From Candidatus Cloacimonadales bacterium (lineage in GTDB: Bacteria; Cloacimonadota; Cloacimonadia; Cloacimonadales; JAFGVF01), in contig OY782781.1 of the NCBI GenBank assembly GCA_963678315.1, positions 2,848,001 through 2,912,000 on the forward strand: a DNA stretch of 64,000 bases, given 5' to 3'. The notes under the pieces are model-generated. The model did not search any database. It worked only from the letters and a program-made list of their open reading frames with translations, and had not been told where the DNA came from. The position numbers and the translations under genes are program-made. Below, piece by piece: positions 55,847 through 64,000 of this stretch (positions are counted from its first letter, which is position 1; the number at the start of each line of letters is the position of its first letter).

Positions 55847-56551
55847 ATGAAGAAAGTTTTAACAATATTTATGACAATTCTAATGGTTGCAAGCCTCTTT
55901 TCTGCAAACATGATAATAAATAAAACTGACGGAAGTTCAGTTGAAATCAATATCGACAATATAGAAAGTATTAATTTTACTGATGATCAAGCAACAAGTC
56001 TAGATCTTTTAATAGAATATATGACAGGTTCATTCTCAAGTGAAGCACAATCAGAAACATCAACAGACCCTTACCACGTAGATGTAAGATTGAAAATGGT
56101 AAGAATCTGGGATCATTTATCAACAGATAATGGCTACTGGATATATGTAGAGCAAGCTTATGCTGATCAATTAAGTTCTCCTTACAGACAACGTATTTAC
56201 AGAGTTTATGAAGAGAATGGTCAAATAGAAGATGAGATATATGCAATCCCAACACCATCTAGTTATGTTGGTTCATGGGAAACACCAGAAGATTTTGATG
56301 CAATCAGTCAAGATGATCTTACCCTTAAACCAGGTTGTGGCCTTGAGTTTAATTGGGACGGCGACCACTTCTCAGGTTCTACAAGCGGAACAGATTGTAC
56401 AGCTTCTATTCCTGGCGTATCATACATTACTTCAGAAACAACCCTCTTCCCTACTTATTTAACAAGTTGGGATTTAGGATACAATTCAGCTGGGACTATT
56501 GTTATGGGTCCTTATTCACCATATATCTTTGATAAAATCGAGAATTTCTAA
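55847..56551 (+). CDS. Secreted CpcT/CpeT-family (bilin lyase-like) protein
   Basis: Signal peptide; MTGSFSSEAQ, RIW...YWIYVEQA..PYRQRIY, GC...F.GST.G..C, SWDLGY...G...PYIF.K. Confidence 0.78.
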   Translation: MKKVLTIFMTILMVASLFSANMIINKTDGSSVEINIDNIESINFTDDQATSLDLLIEYMTGSFSSEAQSETSTDPYHVDVRLKMVRIWDHLSTDNGYWIYVEQAYADQLSSPYRQRIYRVYEENGQIEDEIYAIPTPSSYVGSWETPEDFDAISQDDLTLKPGCGLEFNWDGDHFSGSTSGTDCTASIPGVSYITSETTLFPTYLTSWDLGYNSAGTIVMGPYSPYIFDKIENF

Positions 56552-56569
56552 ATTTGAATATACGTCTTT

Positions 56570-56722
56570 CATCCTTAGTTCTCTTTATATTTTTGATTAG
56601 TATTTTATCAGCAGATACTGATCCATTAAGTCTTACTTTAATAGCAAGAAAGATGGACAGATACACTTTTAAAGTAACTAATCAAACAGACATGCGAGTT
56701 GATATAGAGAGAATTGAGGGTG
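56570..56722 (+). other. Long rod-like hairpin (candidate structured RNA or repeat element)
   Basis: 21-bp outer stem 56570-56590/56702-56722 with 4 G-U pairs and no other mismatch on +; inner stem 56592-56601/56677-56686. Confidence 0.6.
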
Positions 56723-56829
56723 GCTGAGGTTTTAAAGTTATTGATAAGTTTATCAAGCCAATATTACCTAAGCAAAGTCAAGAAGTAAATGTAACAATTC
56801 CACAAAGCACATTTTGCATCTGGGATTCT

Positions 56830-57252
56830 TTGATAATGAACTTTCATATTAAGGATATCCCTGATGTCTTCTCTATAGATTTAATTGCTGAAAAGCTAGT
56901 AGAAGTTCCTGAAACAATAATTAATTTGGATAGTAGAACTATCACAGCTTCAGAATCATTTGATTTAATAAAGTATTATAGTGATGAATTGATTATAATT
57001 GATTTGAGAGAAGCTGAATTATTTAAACAAGGATCGATTGATAAGGCTATAAACCTTAGTAAGAAGACTCTTATAAAACAAGCAGATACTAAATTAGATA
57101 AGTCAAAGCATTATCTTATATTTGGGGATAAACTAACTGAAAATGAGCTTTCAAAAATAAGTAAACATTCAAATAAATACTATTATATGAAGTCCTCTCT
57201 TGATGAATGGTATCTAGCTGCCATGAGATACTACGAAAGAGTGATTAAGTAA
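56830..57252 (+). CDS. Rhodanese-like domain protein, apparently lacking the catalytic Cys
   Basis: IIDLREAELFKQGSIDKAINL motif; LIFGD at the usual Cys loop. Confidence 0.65.
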   Translation: MIMNFHIKDIPDVFSIDLIAEKLVEVPETIINLDSRTITASESFDLIKYYSDELIIIDLREAELFKQGSIDKAINLSKKTLIKQADTKLDKSKHYLIFGDKLTENELSKISKHSNKYYYMKSSLDEWYLAAMRYYERVIK

Positions 57253-57267
57253 ACTTATTCAAAATAT

Positions 57268-57302
57268 ATAAGGAAGTCCCTAGCAATAGAGACTTCCTCT
57301 TT
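57268..57302. terminator. Terminator between convergent genes
   Basis: AGGAAGTC/GACTTCCT stem. Confidence 0.65.
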
Positions 57303-57319
57303 AAATACAATTTATATTC

Positions 57320-58621
57320 TTAAGAACCTGCAATATCTACATTACATACTTTAATATATTTAGGTCCATAGTAAGATCCTTTTTGAATCATTTCTGAAGA
57401 AAAGTAAACTTCTGTCATAGCCTTGTCCATCATACCAGTTACTGAACCACCCTTTATTTGAAGCTTTTTTCCATCCTTAACTTGATAGCCAGATCTTATT
57501 TCTCCTGAGAAAGCACCAGTGATACCGCTCGGTGAGAAGGTGGAGAACCTTGATAAAACAAATGTGTTTTGACTTTTAAGCTCTTCAAAAGAATGATTAC
57601 CTGCAGGAACATGAATATTGCTAATGCTTCCTAAAGGCTTAATATTTAGATATGTTGCATACTGTATGTTAGCAGCAATATTAACTATCTTGCCATCTTG
57701 AATTATTGGGAATTTCTCTAATAGAAGTCCATAACTATCATACTTACCTGTAGCTAAGCCACCTTTCAAAGATGGATCAGAGATAATAGTTAACTTATCC
57801 CCTTTGACATCTTTAGCAATATGGTCATTCAAGGAGAATTTACCTGCTTTATTGTAAGCAGCATAACCTGAAGCTTGGAAAGCATAATAATCAAAGAATG
57901 AATTTAAAGCTTCTCCAGTGAAGATTACATCAAATTTACCACTCTCAGGTAATACAGCTATTAAGCTATTTCTTGCATGCTCTGCATATTCTTTTACTAG
58001 TTCACAAGTGTTCAAAAGGTCCAAGAACCTTTCATTTCTGATGAATGAACTTTCAACTTCATTTTCTCCTGAACCTGAAAGCATTACTGCTTCTAACATA
58101 ATATTTGTAGATTTATTATTGCTAGTTAAACCCTTAGAAGTAACAAAGGTGTTTTCTCTACAGGTAATGAATATTTCAGCAGAAGCAAGCTTAACTTGCT
58201 CTTCATTTGCTAAGCTAGTAATCAGTTGCTTAGATACTTCTTTGATAGCTGCTTTAGGGTTATCAAATACTGATTGGTCACAAGTATCATAGCATTCATC
58301 ATTTTCAGCTTTATCTGCTAGTGGATAGTATGGATTTAATGCTAAAGAAGCAGCAAAAACAGCATCTTTTATCAGAGATTCTACCTTTGCTAAGCTTGTA
58401 TTACTAGAGAAAGTCTGATAAGCCATTCCTCTCATTTTATTATCATTAAGCATCTTATCAACATAGACAATTACTGTATATCTTTCTTCATTAACTTCTC
58501 TTAGAGATTCTCTTGTGTCAGCAATGAAATATTCTTCAACACGTTTAATTATATTTTTAGAAATAGACCAATCTGAAATTCCATCTATTTCTTTTATTAA
58601 TTGTTTAATCTGATTTATCAT
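57320..58621 (-). CDS. pmbA: TldE/PmbA-family metalloprotease subunit
   Basis: SGKFDVIF, LTIISDP...YDSYG, TGAFSGEIR.G; paired with tldD; no HExxGH. Confidence 0.75.
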   Translation of the reverse strand: MINQIKQLIKEIDGISDWSISKNIIKRVEEYFIADTRESLREVNEERYTVIVYVDKMLNDNKMRGMAYQTFSSNTSLAKVESLIKDAVFAASLALNPYYPLADKAENDECYDTCDQSVFDNPKAAIKEVSKQLITSLANEEQVKLASAEIFITCRENTFVTSKGLTSNNKSTNIMLEAVMLSGSGENEVESSFIRNERFLDLLNTCELVKEYAEHARNSLIAVLPESGKFDVIFTGEALNSFFDYYAFQASGYAAYNKAGKFSLNDHIAKDVKGDKLTIISDPSLKGGLATGKYDSYGLLLEKFPIIQDGKIVNIAANIQYATYLNIKPLGSISNIHVPAGNHSFEELKSQNTFVLSRFSTFSPSGITGAFSGEIRSGYQVKDGKKLQIKGGSVTGMMDKAMTEVYFSSEMIQKGSYYGPKYIKVCNVDIAGS

Positions 58622-58634
58622 TTGTAACTCCTTA

Positions 58635-60017
58635 TTATGCTAATCTAGCTTTCAACTTCATAAAGGGACCACCATCAGATACTTTAACCCATTCTTTGTG
58701 GCCTTTACCACACATTCCACCACCAAAGAGTTCAATATCTTTGCCAATGCCAGTTATTGAGTTTAGAAGTTCAGGAACATAGCCTGTTACAATAACAGGT
58801 GTAAAGTAGTTATCAGTTAGCTTGCCATCTTTGATTTCTCTAGCATAGATTGCTTCTAATTGGATTCCCCAACCTTTAGGATCTTCCATACCATTTGTAG
58901 GATAATCAACTAAGAAACCATATTCTATGTCTTTTATCATATCTTCAAATGTATCATTTCCTGCTTCAAAGTAGGTGTTAGTCATTCTAGCATAGCTTTT
59001 GTGAGAATAACTTTGTCTTCTTCCATTCGGAGTTCTATCATAAGAAAGTTTAATAGCTGAATTCATATCAGTTAATCCAGATACTAGAATTCCATCTTTA
59101 ATGATTTGCGTATCTTTAGCTAATTGTCCTTCATTATCAAAGAAATAAGAACCAGATTCATTAGGATAAGCTGGAGAATCTACCATATTAACTATCTCAG
59201 AAGCAACTGATTTACCCATGTAATCTCTACCTTTAGCTCTCTTCTTTAAATACATGTCAGTTTCAGTACCATGACCAAATGCTTCATGAGCAAACATTCC
59301 AGACATAGCAGGTGAGAATATACAATCATAAGTCCCAGGTTTGATTCTTTCAGCATGAAGAAGTTTTTCACCATCTGCAATCAAGGTTTGAAGATCACTG
59401 TCAGTGAAATTAAATAATTCATAACCACCAAGCTTACTAAATGACTTCCATACTTGATTAGTCTTATCGCCATCTCTTAGAACAGCAAAACACATTGAAT
59501 CCCAGCGATTCAACTCTTGATAAAGAGTCTTGTTTCGATTAACAAATAATTCTTTTACCTTCTGATGCCCTATTCTAACAGCACCATTAACAATCTTATC
59601 ACTAATTTTAATTAACTTATCTTTCCACATCTCTGCAGATTTCAAAAGTTCTTCTAACTCAATTGTCTCAGGGTCTATCTTCATTTCAATAAAGAAATCC
59701 TTTTCAATCTTCTCACCTGGATCAATTTCCATGGTTTGCTTTTTACTAACTTCATAAGAGCTAAGTAATTTATTAACTACTTCATCAACTTTCTCTTGAG
59801 AAAGATCATCAAAAGATTCTTCTATAAAGTTCTCTCCATTATGAATAGTAAGAGTTATTCCTTTTTCAGGTTGAATAAAAGAAGCACCCTTTTCATGATT
59901 AGAAACAAATATGTTCCTACCACTTGTATCGCCAACAAAGGCTGACGCATAAGGGAACTTTTCTTCTAGTTTCTCTACAGCTGTTTTGAGAATTGGCTTC
60001 AATTGCTTGATGTCCAT
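58635..60017 (-). CDS. tldD: TldD metalloprotease
   Basis: FAHEAFGHGTE, FDNEG, GNGRR-like PNGRRQ..ARMTNT, CGK...V.VSDGGP. Confidence 0.9.
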   Translation of the reverse strand: MDIKQLKPILKTAVEKLEEKFPYASAFVGDTSGRNIFVSNHEKGASFIQPEKGITLTIHNGENFIEESFDDLSQEKVDEVVNKLLSSYEVSKKQTMEIDPGEKIEKDFFIEMKIDPETIELEELLKSAEMWKDKLIKISDKIVNGAVRIGHQKVKELFVNRNKTLYQELNRWDSMCFAVLRDGDKTNQVWKSFSKLGGYELFNFTDSDLQTLIADGEKLLHAERIKPGTYDCIFSPAMSGMFAHEAFGHGTETDMYLKKRAKGRDYMGKSVASEIVNMVDSPAYPNESGSYFFDNEGQLAKDTQIIKDGILVSGLTDMNSAIKLSYDRTPNGRRQSYSHKSYARMTNTYFEAGNDTFEDMIKDIEYGFLVDYPTNGMEDPKGWGIQLEAIYAREIKDGKLTDNYFTPVIVTGYVPELLNSITGIGKDIELFGGGMCGKGHKEWVKVSDGGPFMKLKARLA

Positions 60018-60171
60018 TTGGCCTCCATCATCTTAGTTTTGTTTGTCTACTTTTAAAGCTGTCTTATATTACTTGTCAAGGATGAAAAATGACTAAGCTA
60101 TTTCTGACATCCTTGCTTATTATTTAAAATCCCGCTTATAAATCACTATGTTCATATTTCTATAGTCTTCT

Positions 60172-61011
60172 TTATAACTCTATTTCCAACAAAGTAGGAG
60201 TATGATCTTGTCTTTCACCTGAATCAATCATTTCTGATTTTCTAACTTTATCAGCTAGACTCTCACTAACTAACCAATAGTCAATTCTCCAGCCAGAGTT
60301 ATTAATTTTACTTGTTTTAACCCTTTGAGCCCACCATGAATAAACATTTTCTATGCTACCATGCAGGTGTCTAAAAGTATCTATAAAACCTCTATTTAGA
60401 AGGTTGGTAAAGCCTTGACGTTCTTCATCTGTAAAGCCTGCGGATCTATGGTTACTTTGTGGATTAGCAAGATCTATTTCTTGATGAGCGACATTATAAT
60501 CTCCTGTTGCCAGTACAGGCTTATCTTTAGCAAGTTTTTCAAGATAATCAGCATATTTTTCATCCCAGACTTGCCTATCGGAGAGTCTTTTTAGTCCATC
60601 GCCAGCATTGGGAGTATATACTTGAGTTATATAGAAATCACCAAAGTCAAGGGTAATGATTCTTCCTTCATAATCCATAGTAGTAGGAGCACCAATACTA
60701 GGATTATCTGCAATAGGAGAATATTTTTCTTTGTATAAGAACATTGTTCCGGCATATCCCTTTTTGGCAGGTTCTTGGGAAGATCTCCATACAAAGTTAT
60801 ATCCTTTAAAAAGCTCTTCTATAATTTCTATATGTTTTTTACTAGGTCCATTAGCAGGTAATTTTGTTTCTTGTAAAGCTATGACATCTGCATCTTTAGC
60901 AAGAATAGTTTTTAGCACTTCTCTTGAAAGAAGAGCTCTATTAGAAGAGCTGGTTAATGCAGCATTTAATGAATCAATATTCCATGATATTAGTCTCAAA
61001 TCTTCCTCCAT
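60172..61011 (-). CDS. xth: Exodeoxyribonuclease III / AP endonuclease
   Basis: ISWNID, LQETK, GYAG, EGR, VYTPN, GDYNVAH, GWRIDY, DHTP. Confidence 0.93.
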   Translation of the reverse strand: MEEDLRLISWNIDSLNAALTSSSNRALLSREVLKTILAKDADVIALQETKLPANGPSKKHIEIIEELFKGYNFVWRSSQEPAKKGYAGTMFLYKEKYSPIADNPSIGAPTTMDYEGRIITLDFGDFYITQVYTPNAGDGLKRLSDRQVWDEKYADYLEKLAKDKPVLATGDYNVAHQEIDLANPQSNHRSAGFTDEERQGFTNLLNRGFIDTFRHLHGSIENVYSWWAQRVKTSKINNSGWRIDYWLVSESLADKVRKSEMIDSGERQDHTPTLLEIEL

Positions 61012-61243
61012 AAATAATGATACAGTATTATTTCATACTAGCTATATCAGTCAAGAAAGAAAGTCAAAGGATGGTAAATAAGGATAGGGGGGCAAAAATA
61101 GTTCTTGACTATTAGATTATAATTTTGATTTTGAAGAAGAAGGATATGATTTAGTGTAGGAAGCTGAATCAAAACAATTTATTTAATACTAATACTACTT
61201 GCACAAACTTGATTATTTATAATTAAAAATATAGGAGTTTTAC

Positions 61244-62134
61244 GTGAAAAAACTAATAATTGAAGGTTTGTCAAAAACGTATTCAAATGGGACACATGCA
61301 TTAAAAGATATCAATTTAGAGATATCAGAAGGTATGTTCGGACTACTAGGACCTAATGGTGCTGGTAAATCAACTTTAATGAGAACAATTTCGACACTAC
61401 AAGATGCTGACACAGGTATGATTGAATTTAATGGCATTAAGATTAGTCAGAACAAAGATGATATAAGAAAAAAACTTGGTTTCTTACCACAGAACTTTGG
61501 TTTTTATCCTAATCTATCAGCTCTTGACACATTAAACTACTTCGCAGTCTTAAAGGGTATATCAAAGGCATCTGAGAGAAAGAACTTAGTAGCTGAATGG
61601 CTGGATAAAGTCAATCTTTATGAATATCGTAAGAAAAAGGTAGGTGGATTCTCGGGCGGTATGAAGCAACGCTTAGGAATTGCTCAAGCTTTGATAGCCA
61701 ACCCTGAATTAGTAATTGTAGATGAACCTACTGCAGGACTTGATCCTAAAGAGAGAAATCACTTCCACAATATACTATCAGAAATAGGTGAAGACAAAAT
61801 AGTTATTCTATCAACCCATATCGTAGATGATGTTAGTGATCTTTGTACTGACATGGCTATTATCAATAGAGGGCAAGTAATACTACAAGGTTCACCAGAG
61901 AATGAAATTAAGAATCTACAAGGTAAGATTTGGCAAAGAGTTATTAATAAAGATGAGATTGGACGCTTCCATCAAGATTATAATGTTATATCAGCTAACC
62001 TTTTCATGGGCAAGCTCAAAGTTACTGTTAACTCAGAAGATGATTTAAGTAAAGATTTCCAGTTAAAGACTCCAGATTTAGAAGATGTTTACTTCACAAT
62101 GATTCCACAAGGTGAATTCAACGGAGGAAAGTAA
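61244..62134 (+). CDS. ABC transporter ATP-binding protein
   Basis: GPNGAGKST, FSGGMKQR, IVDEPTAGLDP, STH; GTG start after AGGAG. Confidence 0.93.
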   Translation: MKKLIIEGLSKTYSNGTHALKDINLEISEGMFGLLGPNGAGKSTLMRTISTLQDADTGMIEFNGIKISQNKDDIRKKLGFLPQNFGFYPNLSALDTLNYFAVLKGISKASERKNLVAEWLDKVNLYEYRKKKVGGFSGGMKQRLGIAQALIANPELVIVDEPTAGLDPKERNHFHNILSEIGEDKIVILSTHIVDDVSDLCTDMAIINRGQVILQGSPENEIKNLQGKIWQRVINKDEIGRFHQDYNVISANLFMGKLKVTVNSEDDLSKDFQLKTPDLEDVYFTMIPQGEFNGGK

Positions 62135-64000
62135 TGTTTTTTAACTTATTAAAATACGAGTATAAGTATATGCTCAAGAAAAGTTCTACCTATGTGTACA
62201 CTTTTATCTTCATGGCTTTGGGATTCCTCATCATGAATATTTTAGCAGGTGCTTTCACAGGGGTTAGAATGTCTGTTCAATCTGGTAGTGAGGAACAAGT
62301 ATTTACAAATTCATCCATGATGATAATGATAATCTCTACAGCTCTTAATATGCTATTAATTCTTTTTGTTGGTGGCTATATGAGTGATATTCTTTTGAAG
62401 GATTATAACCACAATGCTTTCCAATTAGTTTATACTAAGCAAGTTAAGAAAATAGAATTATTTGCAAGCAGGTTATTTGTAGCAATAAGTGTCTTACTTA
62501 GTATGTTTTCTTTCATATCTATAGGTATGATTCTAGGTCGTTTTGCACCTTGGTTAGATGCTAAGCAATTCCAACCATTCAATGTGGCTTACTATCTGAG
62601 TCCATTCTTTAAGATATCAGCTCTCAATGTATTATATGCATCGTCGTTCTTCGCCCTAATAGCAATAATAACTAAGAAGAAGTTATATGTTAATCTATCA
62701 GCTGTCATACTATATATTGTATACTCTATAATTGTACCTTTTGCTTCTAGCTTAGAACTCAAGGAATTAGTAGCCATACTTGATCCATTCGCTATAACAA
62801 CCATGGAGATTATGACTGAGAATTGGTCTATTGCTCAAAGAAATACCGAGATAATGCCTTTAAACTCCTACCTTCTTTATAACAGATTATTGTGGCTAGC
62901 TATTGCAAGTGTAATTTATTTTATAGCCTACAAGAGCTACAAGTTTGCTTATCCATTGGATAGAAAAAAGAATAAAGAAAGTAAAGGAACTAATGAAAAA
63001 GCAAGATATAATAAAATTACCAATATATCTATTAAGTGGAATCTTGCTAATTACTTAACACAACTAAAACATTACTTCTTAATTGAATTCAAGATTTTAT
63101 ATAAGTCAGTTATGTTCAAGGTCATTCTTGTAATTTATACAATTTTCTTAGTAACAACACTTATGAATATGCAAATGATTTACGACACATCTGTCCATCC
63201 TGTAACCTATAAGATAGCTGAAGAGTTGATGAATGTACTAGAGATGTTCTCTCTTCTCTTCATAGCCATATTTGCGGGAGAATTACTCTGGAAATCAAGA
63301 GCTAACAAATGTGATATGTTTGAAGATGTTGCTCCTTTTAGTTCAGGAGTGAGAGTTATTTCTCATTTCTTAACTCTCCTAAGCTATATGGTTATTTATT
63401 GGCTTATTGGTTCAATTGCAGGTATGTCTTTCCAACTAGTTAATGGATTCACAGCAATAGAGCCTGGATTGTATCTGTCCTATGGAGGTCTTTGGCTTCT
63501 TCAGATTATGATAGTTATATGCGTGGCAATATTTATACATAATCTTGCACCAAACAGAATAGCAGGTATTTTCTTGTTTTTCGGTTTCTTTATTGCTAAA
63601 GGACAACTTTCGAATCTTGGGCTTGAACATCCACTTTGGCAGTTATTTAGCAATCAAAGGTTTATCTACTCCGATATGAATGCTTTTGGTTCATACCTAC
63701 CAAAACTCTTTACTTATAAGTTATATTGGGGGAGCTTTGCTTTTATTCTACTTCTTTTAGCATCAAAAATGTATAGAAGAGGAACAGCCCTAAGACTTAG
63801 AGATTACTTCAAGAATATTAAAGAGAACTGGAACACTCCACAAAGATTATTACTGATAGTTCTCTGCCTGGCATTTGTTTCTGGGGGGTCTATAATCTAT
63901 TATAACACAAATATATTAAATGATTACAGAACTATGGAAGAATCCCGCTTAGAAAATGTTAAATATGAAAACACTTATGCTTATCTTAAAAATCTAAAAC
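62134..64000 (+). CDS. ABC-2 type permease, partial; resembles permease/M1-aminopeptidase fusions
   Basis: TAATG overlap with the ATPase gene, GGAGG RBS; MFFNLLKYE start, many TM segments, YNRLLW, YSDMNAFG, IYYNTNILN; open to the window end. Confidence 0.75.
   Translation, partial: MFFNLLKYEYKYMLKKSSTYVYTFIFMALGFLIMNILAGAFTGVRMSVQSGSEEQVFTNSSMMIMIISTALNMLLILFVGGYMSDILLKDYNHNAFQLVYTKQVKKIELFASRLFVAISVLLSMFSFISIGMILGRFAPWLDAKQFQPFNVAYYLSPFFKISALNVLYASSFFALIAIITKKKLYVNLSAVILYIVYSIIVPFASSLELKELVAILDPFAITTMEIMTENWSIAQRNTEIMPLNSYLLYNRLLWLAIASVIYFIAYKSYKFAYPLDRKKNKESKGTNEKARYNKITNISIKWNLANYLTQLKHYFLIEFKILYKSVMFKVILVIYTIFLVTTLMNMQMIYDTSVHPVTYKIAEELMNVLEMFSLLFIAIFAGELLWKSRANKCDMFEDVAPFSSGVRVISHFLTLLSYMVIYWLIGSIAGMSFQLVNGFTAIEPGLYLSYGGLWLLQIMIVICVAIFIHNLAPNRIAGIFLFFGFFIAKGQLSNLGLEHPLWQLFSNQRFIYSDMNAFGSYLPKLFTYKLYWGSFAFILLLLASKMYRRGTALRLRDYFKNIKENWNTPQRLLLIVLCLAFVSGGSIIYYNTNILNDYRTMEESRLENVKYENTYAYLKNLK

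Noticed and set aside
7868..63630. Numerous 60-130 aa ORFs antisense or out of frame inside long genes (e.g. 8524, 8856, 24645, 39980, 57918, 60731)
   Set aside because: Fully overlapped by well-supported genes; no RBS or motifs; typical shadow ORFs.

Overview
AT-rich bacterial chromosomal window. Four secreted proteins end in a 'YPNPFNP..IYNxKGQ..K' FlgD-Ig/T9SS-like sorting domain, and hydG is present; together these suggest an anaerobe such as Candidatus Cloacimonadota (inference). Main contents: (1) an ~18.6 kb beta-1,3-glucan (laminarin-type) utilisation locus at 4160-22779 with a GH161-like phosphorylase, a repeat-rich non-catalytic protein, GH17, GH30, an MFS importer, GH16, a GntR/LacI regulator with a visible palindromic operator, a GH-A hydrolase fused to a probable outer-membrane beta-barrel, and a lipoprotein, but no SusC/SusD; (2) a 1907-nt group II intron with a frameshifted RT, inserted exactly into the terminal GGG|T of a 163-bp stem-loop repeat whose empty sister copy lies at 22820-22982; (3) TM1266-hydG behind a riboswitch-like leader; (4) a defence region with RloA plus a truncated RloB and a six-gene type 1 BREX whose BrxL ends in a PLD-like rather than Lon domain; (5) a two-gene secreted CpcT/adaptor unit followed by a long RNA-like hairpin; (6) housekeeping genes (cobO, tldD/pmbA, xth, ABC transporter) and many REP-like hairpins. 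All family calls come from motif recognition by eye; no searches were run.
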